Below are positions 56,401 to 61,754 of a stretch of DNA of 61,754 bases, piece after piece. Where the stretch lies: IMG/VR virus record IMGVR_UViG_3300017613_001703; one strand, written 5' to 3'. Both the position numbers and the translations under genes were made by a program. The notes beneath the pieces were generated by a model. The model ran no database searches. It was not told where the DNA came from and worked only from the letters and a program-made list of their open reading frames with translations. The DNA comes from a virus. Each line of letters begins with the position of its first letter. The stretch's first letter is position 1.

Positions 56401-59400
56401 TGTGGACCGATCAGGTGATCGAACGGTCAGCGAGTCCGACACCTACCCCGGGATACTATGAACGGGCCAAGGGACCCAGCGGCGAAATGGAATGGCTTCC
56501 CGCAATAGGGTCTAAAAAGATAGAAATTTACCCTTGGGTAGAAACTTTTGTAAGAAAAAAGGAAATCGGCACTAAAAATATTTGGTCTGTTTCCGAGGCG
56601 TCAACAGGTTCAAAGTTTCCTGGTTCATTCGGTACTCGTAAGGCCGCTGTATCTGATGCGAAAAGACAACTTGATAATGTAGGAAAAGATGCTTTTCTTG
56701 ATATGATAAAGAGCCATATCGCTAATATAGGGGAGTCTCCATGGAGTACTGGCAAGCCGAAACTCTCCACCAAGACCGACCGCCGCACCCATCCCAAAGA
56801 TCCTGGCGGAGCAGAGTACACAGAACAAACCCGTCGTAGTCCGTTAACGCCAAGATTACGCAGAAAAGACCGGCGCGGCGACACGATTACCGCTAAACAA
56901 GTAGCGGCAGAATTTCGCAAGATGGGGTTTGGTTCAAATATTGCCGGTGATAGTGTCACCGTCAGAACTCCGACCGGCAGTATAGCCATAAACGTTGCTG
57001 ACAGCATCGTAACGGACGACGGTGCCACGATTTCATTCTCTTACGGGCGCGAGGCCAAGGCGGGGGAGAAAGTCGCAGGGTCGTACTTTAATGGCGCTAT
57101 TGACCTGAAGCGCAATTTAGCCGACAAATTTACGTTATCGCACGAACTGTTCCACCACATGAAAACGGCGGGGCTATTCAATCCTGCTGAAGAAGCCCTG
57201 TTGGCAAAGCACGGTGACGAAGAAGCGCAGGCCCGTTGGATTGAAGGACAGTTGCGAAATCGAAAGAATACTCGCGGTATTGCCGGCAAGCTGGTTCAGA
57301 AGGTTCGGGACTTTATTGACGCGATCGTCAATTCATTCATCAGGACGGAACGAGGCATATTGAGGGATGTCGAGGCCGGTAATATTCTGCAGCGCCAGGG
57401 AACCCCGAACGCCAATGAAACACAGCACTCCACCATAGCCGGTCGGTGGCAGTCGCAGATGGCCAACTTCCTTTCCGACAAACTCCCCGGTTCAGGTAGT
57501 CCAAAACAGATTTTACAGACGTTGGATTCTTGGGCCAAGAAGGGGTTGATAAAGTCTGAGGAACTGGAATGGTCGGGGTTGCGGGAGTGGCTTGCAGAGC
57601 AAGATGGCAAGGTCGGGAAACAGGACATCCTCGACTTCCTGGCGGCGAATCATGTTCAGGTTAAGGAAGTGGTGAAAGGGAAGCAGTCCAAATACACTAT
57701 AGATGATATCGAAAACGGGGAATTAGAGCAATTAGAAGACGGGACTTGGGCTGTATGGCAGGGTGAATTTGCAGAACAAGTGGGCGAAGGTGAAACCGAA
57801 CAAGCCGCAATTGATGATGCTGTTAAGACTCTCGGAATAGCCGGTATGTCTGTAGACGACACCAAATTCTCCCAATACCAGGAACCCGGCGGGGAAAATT
57901 ATAAAGAGCTTCTGCTTACGCTGCCGGAAACGAAGCAAAAAGTCGAAATCCCAAAAATAGCAGAGACGAAACAGGGGTACGATGATAGATGGTTTGTGTC
58001 TGACCAAAATGGGGATCAAATAAGTGGTGATGGTCACCCAACGAAAGAGGGAGCAATTGAGAAAGCCAAAGCTCATATTGATAGATATACTAAAGAGATA
58101 GCTCCGCAAAAATCTCAATACAAATCCCGCCACTTCGACGAGCCAAACGTATTAGCGCATGTCCGCTTCAACGAACGCACCGGGCCTGACGGTGAGCGGG
58201 TTTTGTTTATTGAGGAAATCCAGAGTGACTGGCATCAGGAGGGGCGTAAGAAGGGGTACAAAGGTAAAGGATTGCCGCCTGGTTACCGGGTATCGGGGTC
58301 ACCAAATGATTTGGGCCGTTTTGTTGTTTACGATAGTAATGGAGTGATTATACCCTCCCCACGCGGACACGCCACAGAACAAGAAGCCATTGCTTATGCA
58401 GTGAAGAAAATCGACGTACCCCCCAACGCCCCCTTCAAAAAGACCTGGCCCATGCTCGCCATGAAGCGCATGGTCCGCTACGCAGCGGAGAACGGCTTCG
58501 ATCAGATTGCTTGGACACCGGGGGAGGTGCAGGCTGATAGATATGATTTTAGTAAACAGATAAAAGAAATTTTCTATCGTCAACATAGCGATCAGTCTGA
58601 TAAATATGAGTTTAAAGCAACTGCTCATAGTGGTGAAACCGTAATTGAAGAAGTTGGTATACCGTTATCGCGCATTGAAGAAATATCGGGGAAAGAAATT
58701 GCCGAAAAGATAAAAAACGGAAAGGGCACGGACAATTCTGCCGCCCTTAGAGAATGGGGAGAACAGACCGGGGTTAACCTTAATGTTCAGGCTGGCCAAG
58801 AAGGAAGGGTACTCTCCGGCCTCGACCTAAAAGTAGGCGGCGAAGGCATGAAGGGTTTTTACGACAAAATTCTGCCTGCTGCCGCCAACAAATTCTTCGG
58901 CAAGAAGGCTTGGGGTGGGGCGCGGGTGGGAACGGCAAAAGTAGCCGCTGATGATACTAAATACACCGTTGAAAAATACGGTGAAATTTACAGGATACGT
59001 CAAAACGGTGTGTTGTTGCACGGCCCCGGATTTAAATCCGCAGAGGCCGCATGGTCAAGGGTAGAAAAGGCCCAAGAATCCGATTTAAAAGAAGTCTGGT
59101 CCCTCCCCATAACCCCCCAGATGCGGAGCAAGGCGTTGTACGAGGGGATGCCGATGTTCAGCACAAAGATCATCGACACCCTAACCAACGAAGTCGGCAG
59201 CAGCCAGCTGGCCACGGACATCTACAACTTTGCGAACGGCCTGGTACAATCAGGAATTAAATCGTTCAAGGTTTTTACGGCCAGAATTTACAATAAATTC
59301 AAGGAAGTTTACAAAAAGATCAAACCTCACTTAAAATCAATGTGGGACACCCTGAACAATCAGGGCGGCTACATCGTACTCCAAGAGGGCGAACAGAAAC

Positions 59401-61745
59401 ACTCCTACCAGGAAACGCTTGAGCCCGTTACAGATCAGGACGTTATTGAAAACCGGAAATCGAAACGGAACGTCAAGCTTGCTGCAGAAACAACTATTGC
59501 CCGGATCGGATCGGAAATGGCCGAGGGGATTGATAAGTTTACCGGGGCCATATCGACCAGGTTGGGCAACATCAGTAAAAAAATAAAATCCAAGATACGG
59601 CGGCTGGACTTTGACATCAACAAAAAATCAGCCGCGGACGTTGAGGCAGTCATGCCTCTGCTTAAAAAAGCCCGGAAGAAGATGACCCGGGACGATTACG
59701 CAGATTGGGACTATGTCCGTAAAAACTCAGCCATCGACAAGATAAATGAGCTAATCGACAAGTATGGCCTGCGAACCGAATACGATAAGTACCGGGAGGT
59801 TTTAACCCGGTTGCGGCGTGAGGGTCTTGATGTGGGCCTTGAGATAGGGCTCATACAAGAATACGCGCCCAGGATATTAAAGGACCCCAAAGGTTTTCTG
59901 ACCGCCATTGGCAAGGATCCTGATTGGGGGGTTTACAGCGAACAGATAAAGAAACGGGCTAAAGAGCTAGATATGGACATGGAGGATATGGACATCGACC
60001 AGAAAGCGGCGATCGTATCCAACATGATCCTTGGCGGTTACTCAGGCCTGGGTGGTGTGCCAGCAACGAAAGAAAGAAAGCTCAAAAAAATACCTGCCTA
60101 TCTGAATCGATTCTACATGGATTCGGACGGGGCCCTGATGCGGCATATCTACGGGATGCGGAAACTAATCGAGGGTAGAAAGTTTTTCGGTAAGATCCCG
60201 AAGAAGGTTGCCGAGATGCGGCGGCGGTTGCGCCTGGCCGAAACTCACATGCGGAAGCTTCAGGATGAAATGAAAACCGCGTCCACCGAAGATAAAGCCA
60301 AGATGAAAAAACGGTGGAACAAACTGTTCGGGCTCAAAAAACAGTACCAGGCGTATCTTGATAAATACTCGATGCAACGTGATTACCGGCAGAATATCGG
60401 TGCCTATGTGGTGGAACTGATCGAATCGGGCGAGATCCGGCCTCACCAAGAACGTGTTGTCAATGAGATCCTAAACGCGAGATTCCACGAAAAAGGCGCC
60501 TACGGAGTCGTACAGGCGTACAAAAACCTTTCCTATATGGATACCATGGGTTCACCCATCAGCGCCTTGACACAGATAGGTGACATGGCTTGGGCGGCCT
60601 TTGACGGTGGACTTATAAAGGCACTGAAACATGCCGGCCGATCGATACTTAAAAAATCACGGATTACCAAGGAGGATGTTGGGATAGAACGAATCGCCCA
60701 AGAGTTTGAGGACGCCGGATCCTTGGGCAAGGCGGTTTCGTTTGTGTTCAAATGGGTAGGCCTGGAAAAGATTGACTCGATCGGTAAAGAGGCTTTGCTG
60801 AACACGGCCTTTGAAAAATATAAAAAGCAGGCCAAGAGCAACCCGGACAAGTTGAAGTCCCAAATATCAGAAATCTTTGAAGATGAAACCGATCAGGTTA
60901 TCGAAGACCTGAATAATGACGAAATTACCGACAACGTAAAGCTATTGGTTTACAGCAGGCTGCTTGACTTTCAACCGGTGGCCCTGTCCGAGATGCCTGA
61001 AAAATACCTGACGGCCGGTAATGGTCGCCTGTTTTACATGCTGAAAACATTCACGTTAAAGCAGTTTGATATTTATCGCAACGAGATTTACAACAAATTC
61101 AAGAACGGCGATCGGGCAGACAAGGTTCAGGCCATAAAGAATCTTGTGAGGCTCACAATGTTTTTTGTGATTGCCAATGCTGGCGCCGACGAACTGAAGG
61201 ATTGGGTGCTTGGCAGAAAGACCGACTTTGAGGACAGGGCGGTGGATAACATGCTACGCCTGGCCGGGGTATCGAAGTTTTACACATGGAAAGCCCGGAC
61301 GGAGGGTATCGGGTCCGCTACCCTGAAACTGATACTGCCGCCTGTGAAGTTCATCGATTCGCTGACCAAGGACATCACAAAGGCCGGGGATGAAAAGGGC
61401 CTGGAAACTGTTGGATCCATACCGCTGGTTGGTAAGTGGGCATACTGGCGCATGGGCCGCGGGGTAAGTAAGCGTGACGATCTTTGGGACATTCGGCTTA
61501 GAAAAGAAAAGCGCCGGCTGAACGATATTAAAAACCGGATGGAAGAAGCCCCCAACCAAAACGCCTTCAGGCAAAAATATAACCGGGAACTATCGAGACT
61601 CCGTAGGGCAAACGCGCTGCAGGGCAGGTTGAACAATTTTAAACAAAGAATCAACCGGTTAAAAAAGTCGGGTGGAAACAAGGCCGATATTGACAGGCTT
61701 GCCAATAAAAGGATAGACTTCATTAAACAATTTCTTAAAGAATAA
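47433..61745 (+). CDS. giant polyvalent-type protein (4,770 codons): Gly-rich TM segments, N6-adenine DNA MTase, SNF2-family helicase, HExxH metallopeptidase and further conserved modules; putative ejected internal virion protein
   Basis: Uninterrupted 14,313-nt frame, TTG start directly after the preceding TAA. Motifs are listed in the sub-features. It sits where T7-like phages carry gp16. Confidence 0.85.
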   Translation: MEPQYDWQTIQSSPEYWDLKPEQRALAKAEYWKRYVEPSEELKAYSPEKQELAKSRFLEPENYVPYERGFIGDVGSRLARGGVGLLESVGGAMRLADADPTQETGIVAKAGKSLADFAERTREGSDFLKPDISEATGAEGVVKRGFGGAVESAIPSLAPLAGTIAGAKAGGLLGTALAGPAGTLPGTIIGGGIGGIGTLFATFGLGQYQTTYDDTVSELTGKGVSPEEADIKARKNALVSATAEAGGELIGDLAAMTFFGVFGGQAAKQPLKLTIKQLLGAGKVGFAKAIAKSVPFEVGSEMGTAYFQAKAAQEAGVSTLPPGEAMAEAVLPAVFLSLMFGGAVHGMNHIEATNIYNGLNSKDPETRIRAAESISLRIKDKEERQQWANIATGYIDSGEQMPLDKPIIDFAIQKKEDDGGKTADIQSATSVDEALKAFEDATRPLAPSIAALTDPLYQDRLQRQGMIDREWGYGPESDIQRQAQFPAQTPEEQAAMEAAIVEQRNKGPREQALKAAGLLQTSGEIPSQGVDEAQQRREVGRAALKYPKPETPTGIAFPETGPTPDRVPPGMERTGAWTHDPVGDYWKGVAAKEGLLESAAEPERDLTEYWANVREKYGLQEETPEPPPVDTSDAEFKAWEQKAQRGLTEEEKAEFAAEIEKASEYKGIISGKGEDGKTVKPAPAGKNVKGIVVEEEFEPTSKDELIEKYRIYEREFDKKIKEHGSVSAAETHALASSGLLQEGVAAARHHLGLPNTMKPGTPLMEREKPTPPIKGPQTKKEKAAKATGVRRGEVGGKMREGEVVITSSGRKTSPFPKVSFGTNRKATLTVRRGEQWLIKEAAEEAKSRGDGFNQRSFEQDIGVKNVPQASKDSAEEYLFGEQPEIPKSILKPLIPKEPIKGPTSKKEKALKEYRDYVAALSTEQREAVSDLIEKEPKRPSGALFKLRKAVDAAKPKKAATEPKAPKTAIPVQDKDLKTIQEITDRIKSIEKQRDELEPPVEHHKFADFEKRLARFTKRHDFLWAKRAKLLSEQKSQKDTPGPETKEPKAPASKPKYGEKNKLFTKDSADAARELLRKKLGQVSTGLDPELVQAGIQLAGYHIEAGARSFGDYAAAMIADLGNAVKPYLRGWYEAVRYYPSFDAKGMTEAADINEKDLTDTKKVINNKEEKEVPDGTLREPTEEPPEGEQAGDVSGTVEGETPGSTLPGPGGRGRKGTSRNDGGRDAGLHGERDRGQEPADNVDYSITPDDALGAGGPKQKYKDNVAAIRVLKDLGPRKATPEEQAILVKYVGWGGLPQAFPKPNGDVSTGWQSEVDELQDVLSSEEYAAARKSTQDAHYTSATVVGKIYDAIKKFGFKQGKILEPAIGTGNFVGLMPASIRSRSSITGIELDPITATIADKLYPKQRIVNSGFESVSIAPGSFDLAIGNPPFGDKKLFDSQHPEFKSFSIHNFFFAKSLVGLRPNGLLSMVVSSSMMDKRGMDQRKWLAGRAELVGAIRLPNTAFKSNAGTEVTTDILFLRKLMDGEQIPDAKWIDLKPIEAEDGTSYLVNEYFADHPEMVLGVPVKNKLHPGEVVDGVYKGVAGFAPNEGVDLGEAIDAAVSFLPKDIYRAGQTVEEVQRPEILVSDVGFSQPYGYTVDDSGNAVRRLPDVNGEHVFEPVLYAGKPLAGKRLEKFKGLLKIRDAVRTLIRAEIADESKATLDRYRKKLNRVYDGFVKKHGYISVPATSKVLNQDPTDLPLLRSLEEKFDSGVSAAVARRTGEKPRGPRANKSSIFTVRTREPYREATTAANAKDGLAIVLREDGYADIDRIAELTGKTVDEAVKDLADIIFKNPVTEGYETSDIYLSGNVKKKLTQAKEARSRDAVYNDNVEALKKVLPKDVPVEKIHFEVGATWIPAQVYEDFSREVLERNATVQYIEDVGVWNIKVEKGISPFDSTRRSAAKIYTDLVTGSDVAVYEYIDKKRVFDREGTVDAQQKAKEINSAFQDWALNDTDRRKIISKNFNDKVNTTIDGKFDGSHMVFPGMGVITTGVKRDDQLMAHQKNVVWRLIQKGKGLVDHVVGSGKTFLSIATGIEMKRMGLLKKPMYVVPNHLVGQWAMDFQRLYPGAKVLVIDKTNFVKSKRQESMGRIATGEWDAVLVAHSSFGFVKMPYEYEKKFYADQIAQYEAAIVALSKSEGKKSRSVKQMENAKDKLKSKMQALANRPKDATVDFSELGVDALFVDEAHEFKNLFYATKRNRVAGLGNQKGSQKAFDMFVKTQFISETNNGRGVFFLTGTPVSNSISEMYTMMRYLEYDRMKEMGIRHFDQWANMFASAVSDWEVDPSGTRYRLQTKMDFVNVPGLMAFYKDFADVVSTDDLQKWAKERGQTWPIPDIKGGKPETVVAEKSDLQKNFMDWIVQRFDNMPSDPKEDNPLKATGEAMKGSLDIRLINPSLPDHPGSKVNLAVKNITATHKKWNARKGTQLVFCDLSVPSKAKGKHTAEIKALQQRIRKLETKLEAETDPEKLSSIEEEYTKLTDKFEKYSPAELMAASSKFSVYDDVKAKLISNGIPENEIAFIHDANTDLQKEDLFSRVRNGRVRVLIGSTSKMGAGMNVQNRLVALHHLDAPWRPSDLEQREGRIIRQGNKFFMEALKKGEKFAVDIFRYATKETLDTRRWQIIERKAKTIEQLRTGNLQWGEVISDTTGAAANAAEMKAASSGNPLILEEIQAKKDLETLEMEKRSDRSKRFGFKNTIEHRDKLEKSYKGDRKTIEKDIKFIENHPRDNTPEGWSVFINEKQYTAKGLISVPKKYEGKDKGEKKANAKAIKDATENNAKALKKAKADFEVGIKKELVPYLVRDLKANLADFTVSIRGIEFDVTRNHYSPTINFEPSIGVAQIFSRALWHSYGPSYDVRDLNSDGLFVEGLIIRLHNAIGSMVNDREVAEQNMKKNREEANREADIADRGLKKPPFDETKIQDARKKHTDILTQLQTESANEPTEVPDFSMWTDQVIERSASPTPTPGYYERAKGPSGEMEWLPAIGSKKIEIYPWVETFVRKKEIGTKNIWSVSEASTGSKFPGSFGTRKAAVSDAKRQLDNVGKDAFLDMIKSHIANIGESPWSTGKPKLSTKTDRRTHPKDPGGAEYTEQTRRSPLTPRLRRKDRRGDTITAKQVAAEFRKMGFGSNIAGDSVTVRTPTGSIAINVADSIVTDDGATISFSYGREAKAGEKVAGSYFNGAIDLKRNLADKFTLSHELFHHMKTAGLFNPAEEALLAKHGDEEAQARWIEGQLRNRKNTRGIAGKLVQKVRDFIDAIVNSFIRTERGILRDVEAGNILQRQGTPNANETQHSTIAGRWQSQMANFLSDKLPGSGSPKQILQTLDSWAKKGLIKSEELEWSGLREWLAEQDGKVGKQDILDFLAANHVQVKEVVKGKQSKYTIDDIENGELEQLEDGTWAVWQGEFAEQVGEGETEQAAIDDAVKTLGIAGMSVDDTKFSQYQEPGGENYKELLLTLPETKQKVEIPKIAETKQGYDDRWFVSDQNGDQISGDGHPTKEGAIEKAKAHIDRYTKEIAPQKSQYKSRHFDEPNVLAHVRFNERTGPDGERVLFIEEIQSDWHQEGRKKGYKGKGLPPGYRVSGSPNDLGRFVVYDSNGVIIPSPRGHATEQEAIAYAVKKIDVPPNAPFKKTWPMLAMKRMVRYAAENGFDQIAWTPGEVQADRYDFSKQIKEIFYRQHSDQSDKYEFKATAHSGETVIEEVGIPLSRIEEISGKEIAEKIKNGKGTDNSAALREWGEQTGVNLNVQAGQEGRVLSGLDLKVGGEGMKGFYDKILPAAANKFFGKKAWGGARVGTAKVAADDTKYTVEKYGEIYRIRQNGVLLHGPGFKSAEAAWSRVEKAQESDLKEVWSLPITPQMRSKALYEGMPMFSTKIIDTLTNEVGSSQLATDIYNFANGLVQSGIKSFKVFTARIYNKFKEVYKKIKPHLKSMWDTLNNQGGYIVLQEGEQKHSYQETLEPVTDQDVIENRKSKRNVKLAAETTIARIGSEMAEGIDKFTGAISTRLGNISKKIKSKIRRLDFDINKKSAADVEAVMPLLKKARKKMTRDDYADWDYVRKNSAIDKINELIDKYGLRTEYDKYREVLTRLRREGLDVGLEIGLIQEYAPRILKDPKGFLTAIGKDPDWGVYSEQIKKRAKELDMDMEDMDIDQKAAIVSNMILGGYSGLGGVPATKERKLKKIPAYLNRFYMDSDGALMRHIYGMRKLIEGRKFFGKIPKKVAEMRRRLRLAETHMRKLQDEMKTASTEDKAKMKKRWNKLFGLKKQYQAYLDKYSMQRDYRQNIGAYVVELIESGEIRPHQERVVNEILNARFHEKGAYGVVQAYKNLSYMDTMGSPISALTQIGDMAWAAFDGGLIKALKHAGRSILKKSRITKEDVGIERIAQEFEDAGSLGKAVSFVFKWVGLEKIDSIGKEALLNTAFEKYKKQAKSNPDKLKSQISEIFEDETDQVIEDLNNDEITDNVKLLVYSRLLDFQPVALSEMPEKYLTAGNGRLFYMLKTFTLKQFDIYRNEIYNKFKNGDRADKVQAIKNLVRLTMFFVIANAGADELKDWVLGRKTDFEDRAVDNMLRLAGVSKFYTWKARTEGIGSATLKLILPPVKFIDSLTKDITKAGDEKGLETVGSIPLVGKWAYWRMGRGVSKRDDLWDIRLRKEKRRLNDIKNRMEEAPNQNAFRQKYNRELSRLRRANALQGRLNNFKQRINRLKKSGGNKADIDRLANKRIDFIKQFLKE
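47889..48470 (+). other. giant protein: Gly/Ala-rich hydrophobic (membrane-inserting) segments
   Basis: AIPSLAPLAGTIAGAKAGGLLGTALAGPAGTLPGTIIGGGIGGIGTLFATFGLG; GELIGDLAAMTFFGVFGG; AVLPAVFLSLMFGGAVHG. Confidence 0.6.
50953..51159 (+). CDS. embedded out-of-frame ORF (68 aa) inside the giant gene; candidate overlapping gene
   Basis: AAAGGAGGTG (50938..50948), 4-nt spacer (CCTG), ATG 50953. The peptide MERYANQLRNHLKENKQAMFLELLKAKRLDQH...AGMPDFMANEIVVKNLL is helical and not junk-like. The main frame here is E/G/P/R low complexity. Confidence 0.4.
   Translation: MERYANQLRNHLKENKQAMFLELLKAKRLDQHCRDRGAEAEKELHEMTAAGMPDFMANEIVVKNLLTM
51160..52150 (+). other. giant protein: N6-adenine DNA methyltransferase module
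   Basis: KYVGWGGLPQAFP (about 51296). Motif I ILEPAIGTGNFVG (51516..51554). Motif IV AIGNPPFGD (NPPF at 51717..51728). Confidence 0.85.
53540..55450 (+). other. giant protein: SNF2/DEAD-like helicase module
   Basis: Motif I VGSGKTF (~53619..53639), motif II VDEAHEFKN (DEAH 54105..54116), motif III FLTGTPVSNS, motif V GSTSKMGAGMNVQ, motif VI LEQREGRIIRQGN (~55281..55319). Confidence 0.85.
56990..57330 (+). other. giant protein: zincin-like metallopeptidase module
   Basis: LSHELFHHM (HELFH at 57141..57155). Confidence 0.55.
58130..58560 (+). other. giant protein: conserved module of unknown function
   Basis: HFDEPNVLAHVRFNERTG..RVLFIEEIQSDWHQEGRKKGY and TWPMLAMKRMVRYAAENGFDQIAWTPGEVQADRY look like domain cores seen in other very large phage/plasmid proteins (from memory, unnamed). 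Confidence 0.4.
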
Positions 61746-61754
61746 AGGAGTTAA
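61634..61754. repeat. Direct terminal repeat, copy 2 (identical to 1..121)
   Basis: See copy 1. Confidence 0.95.

Noticed and set aside
47433-61745. N4-like virion RNA polymerase hidden in the giant protein, suggested by the N4-gp56-like capsid pattern and the giant virion gene.
   Set aside because: I could not find T7-like RNAP motifs (T/DxxGR, motif A/C Asp pairs) by eye. The recognisable modules are MTase, helicase and peptidase. The question is left open for profile searches rather than claimed.

Overview
The first 121 nt and the last 121 nt of the window are identical. The window is therefore a closed dsDNA phage genome of about 61.6 kb, not a chromosomal fragment.

Gene order is podovirus-like. 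It runs TerS, TerL (PBSX type), portal, small head genes, scaffold, HK97/N4-gp56-like major capsid protein, decoration-like paralogs, adaptor-like and nozzle-like tail genes, tail fibre, a block of putative internal/ejection proteins, a multi-cassette tail-fibre/depolymerase cluster, and a lysis cluster.

The ejection block ends in a single 4,770-codon ORF that covers about 23% of the genome.

Five strand blocks are visible:
- + 125-13777: fibres and lysis
- - 13778-19948: accessory island, recombination genes and early genes
- + 20064-25775: regulator, replication genes and small genes
- - 25905-28370: small early genes
- + 28587-61745: packaging and morphogenesis

I recognised no integrase, DNA polymerase, RNA polymerase, tRNA or CRISPR array.

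The most unusual observations are:
1. Two tandem 354-bp units, each holding a ~230-bp (CCCGTN)n hexamer array. Each array is G-quadruplex-grade DNA and also an ORF for a Gly-(Tyr/Asp/Asn) dipeptide-repeat protein.
2. The giant polyvalent-type protein. It combines Gly-rich membrane segments, an N6-adenine MTase, an SNF2 helicase, an HExxH peptidase and further modules, and it sits where T7-like phages carry gp16.
3. A 68-codon out-of-frame ORF with a textbook SD, embedded in a disordered linker of the giant gene.
4. A run of fibre/depolymerase genes that nearly all start with Sec or lipoprotein signal peptides.
5. Two adjacent Tat-signal proteins in the head module.
6. A recombination footprint documenting acquisition of a receptor-binding cassette.

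All functional calls rest on motifs read by eye and on synteny. No database search was run.
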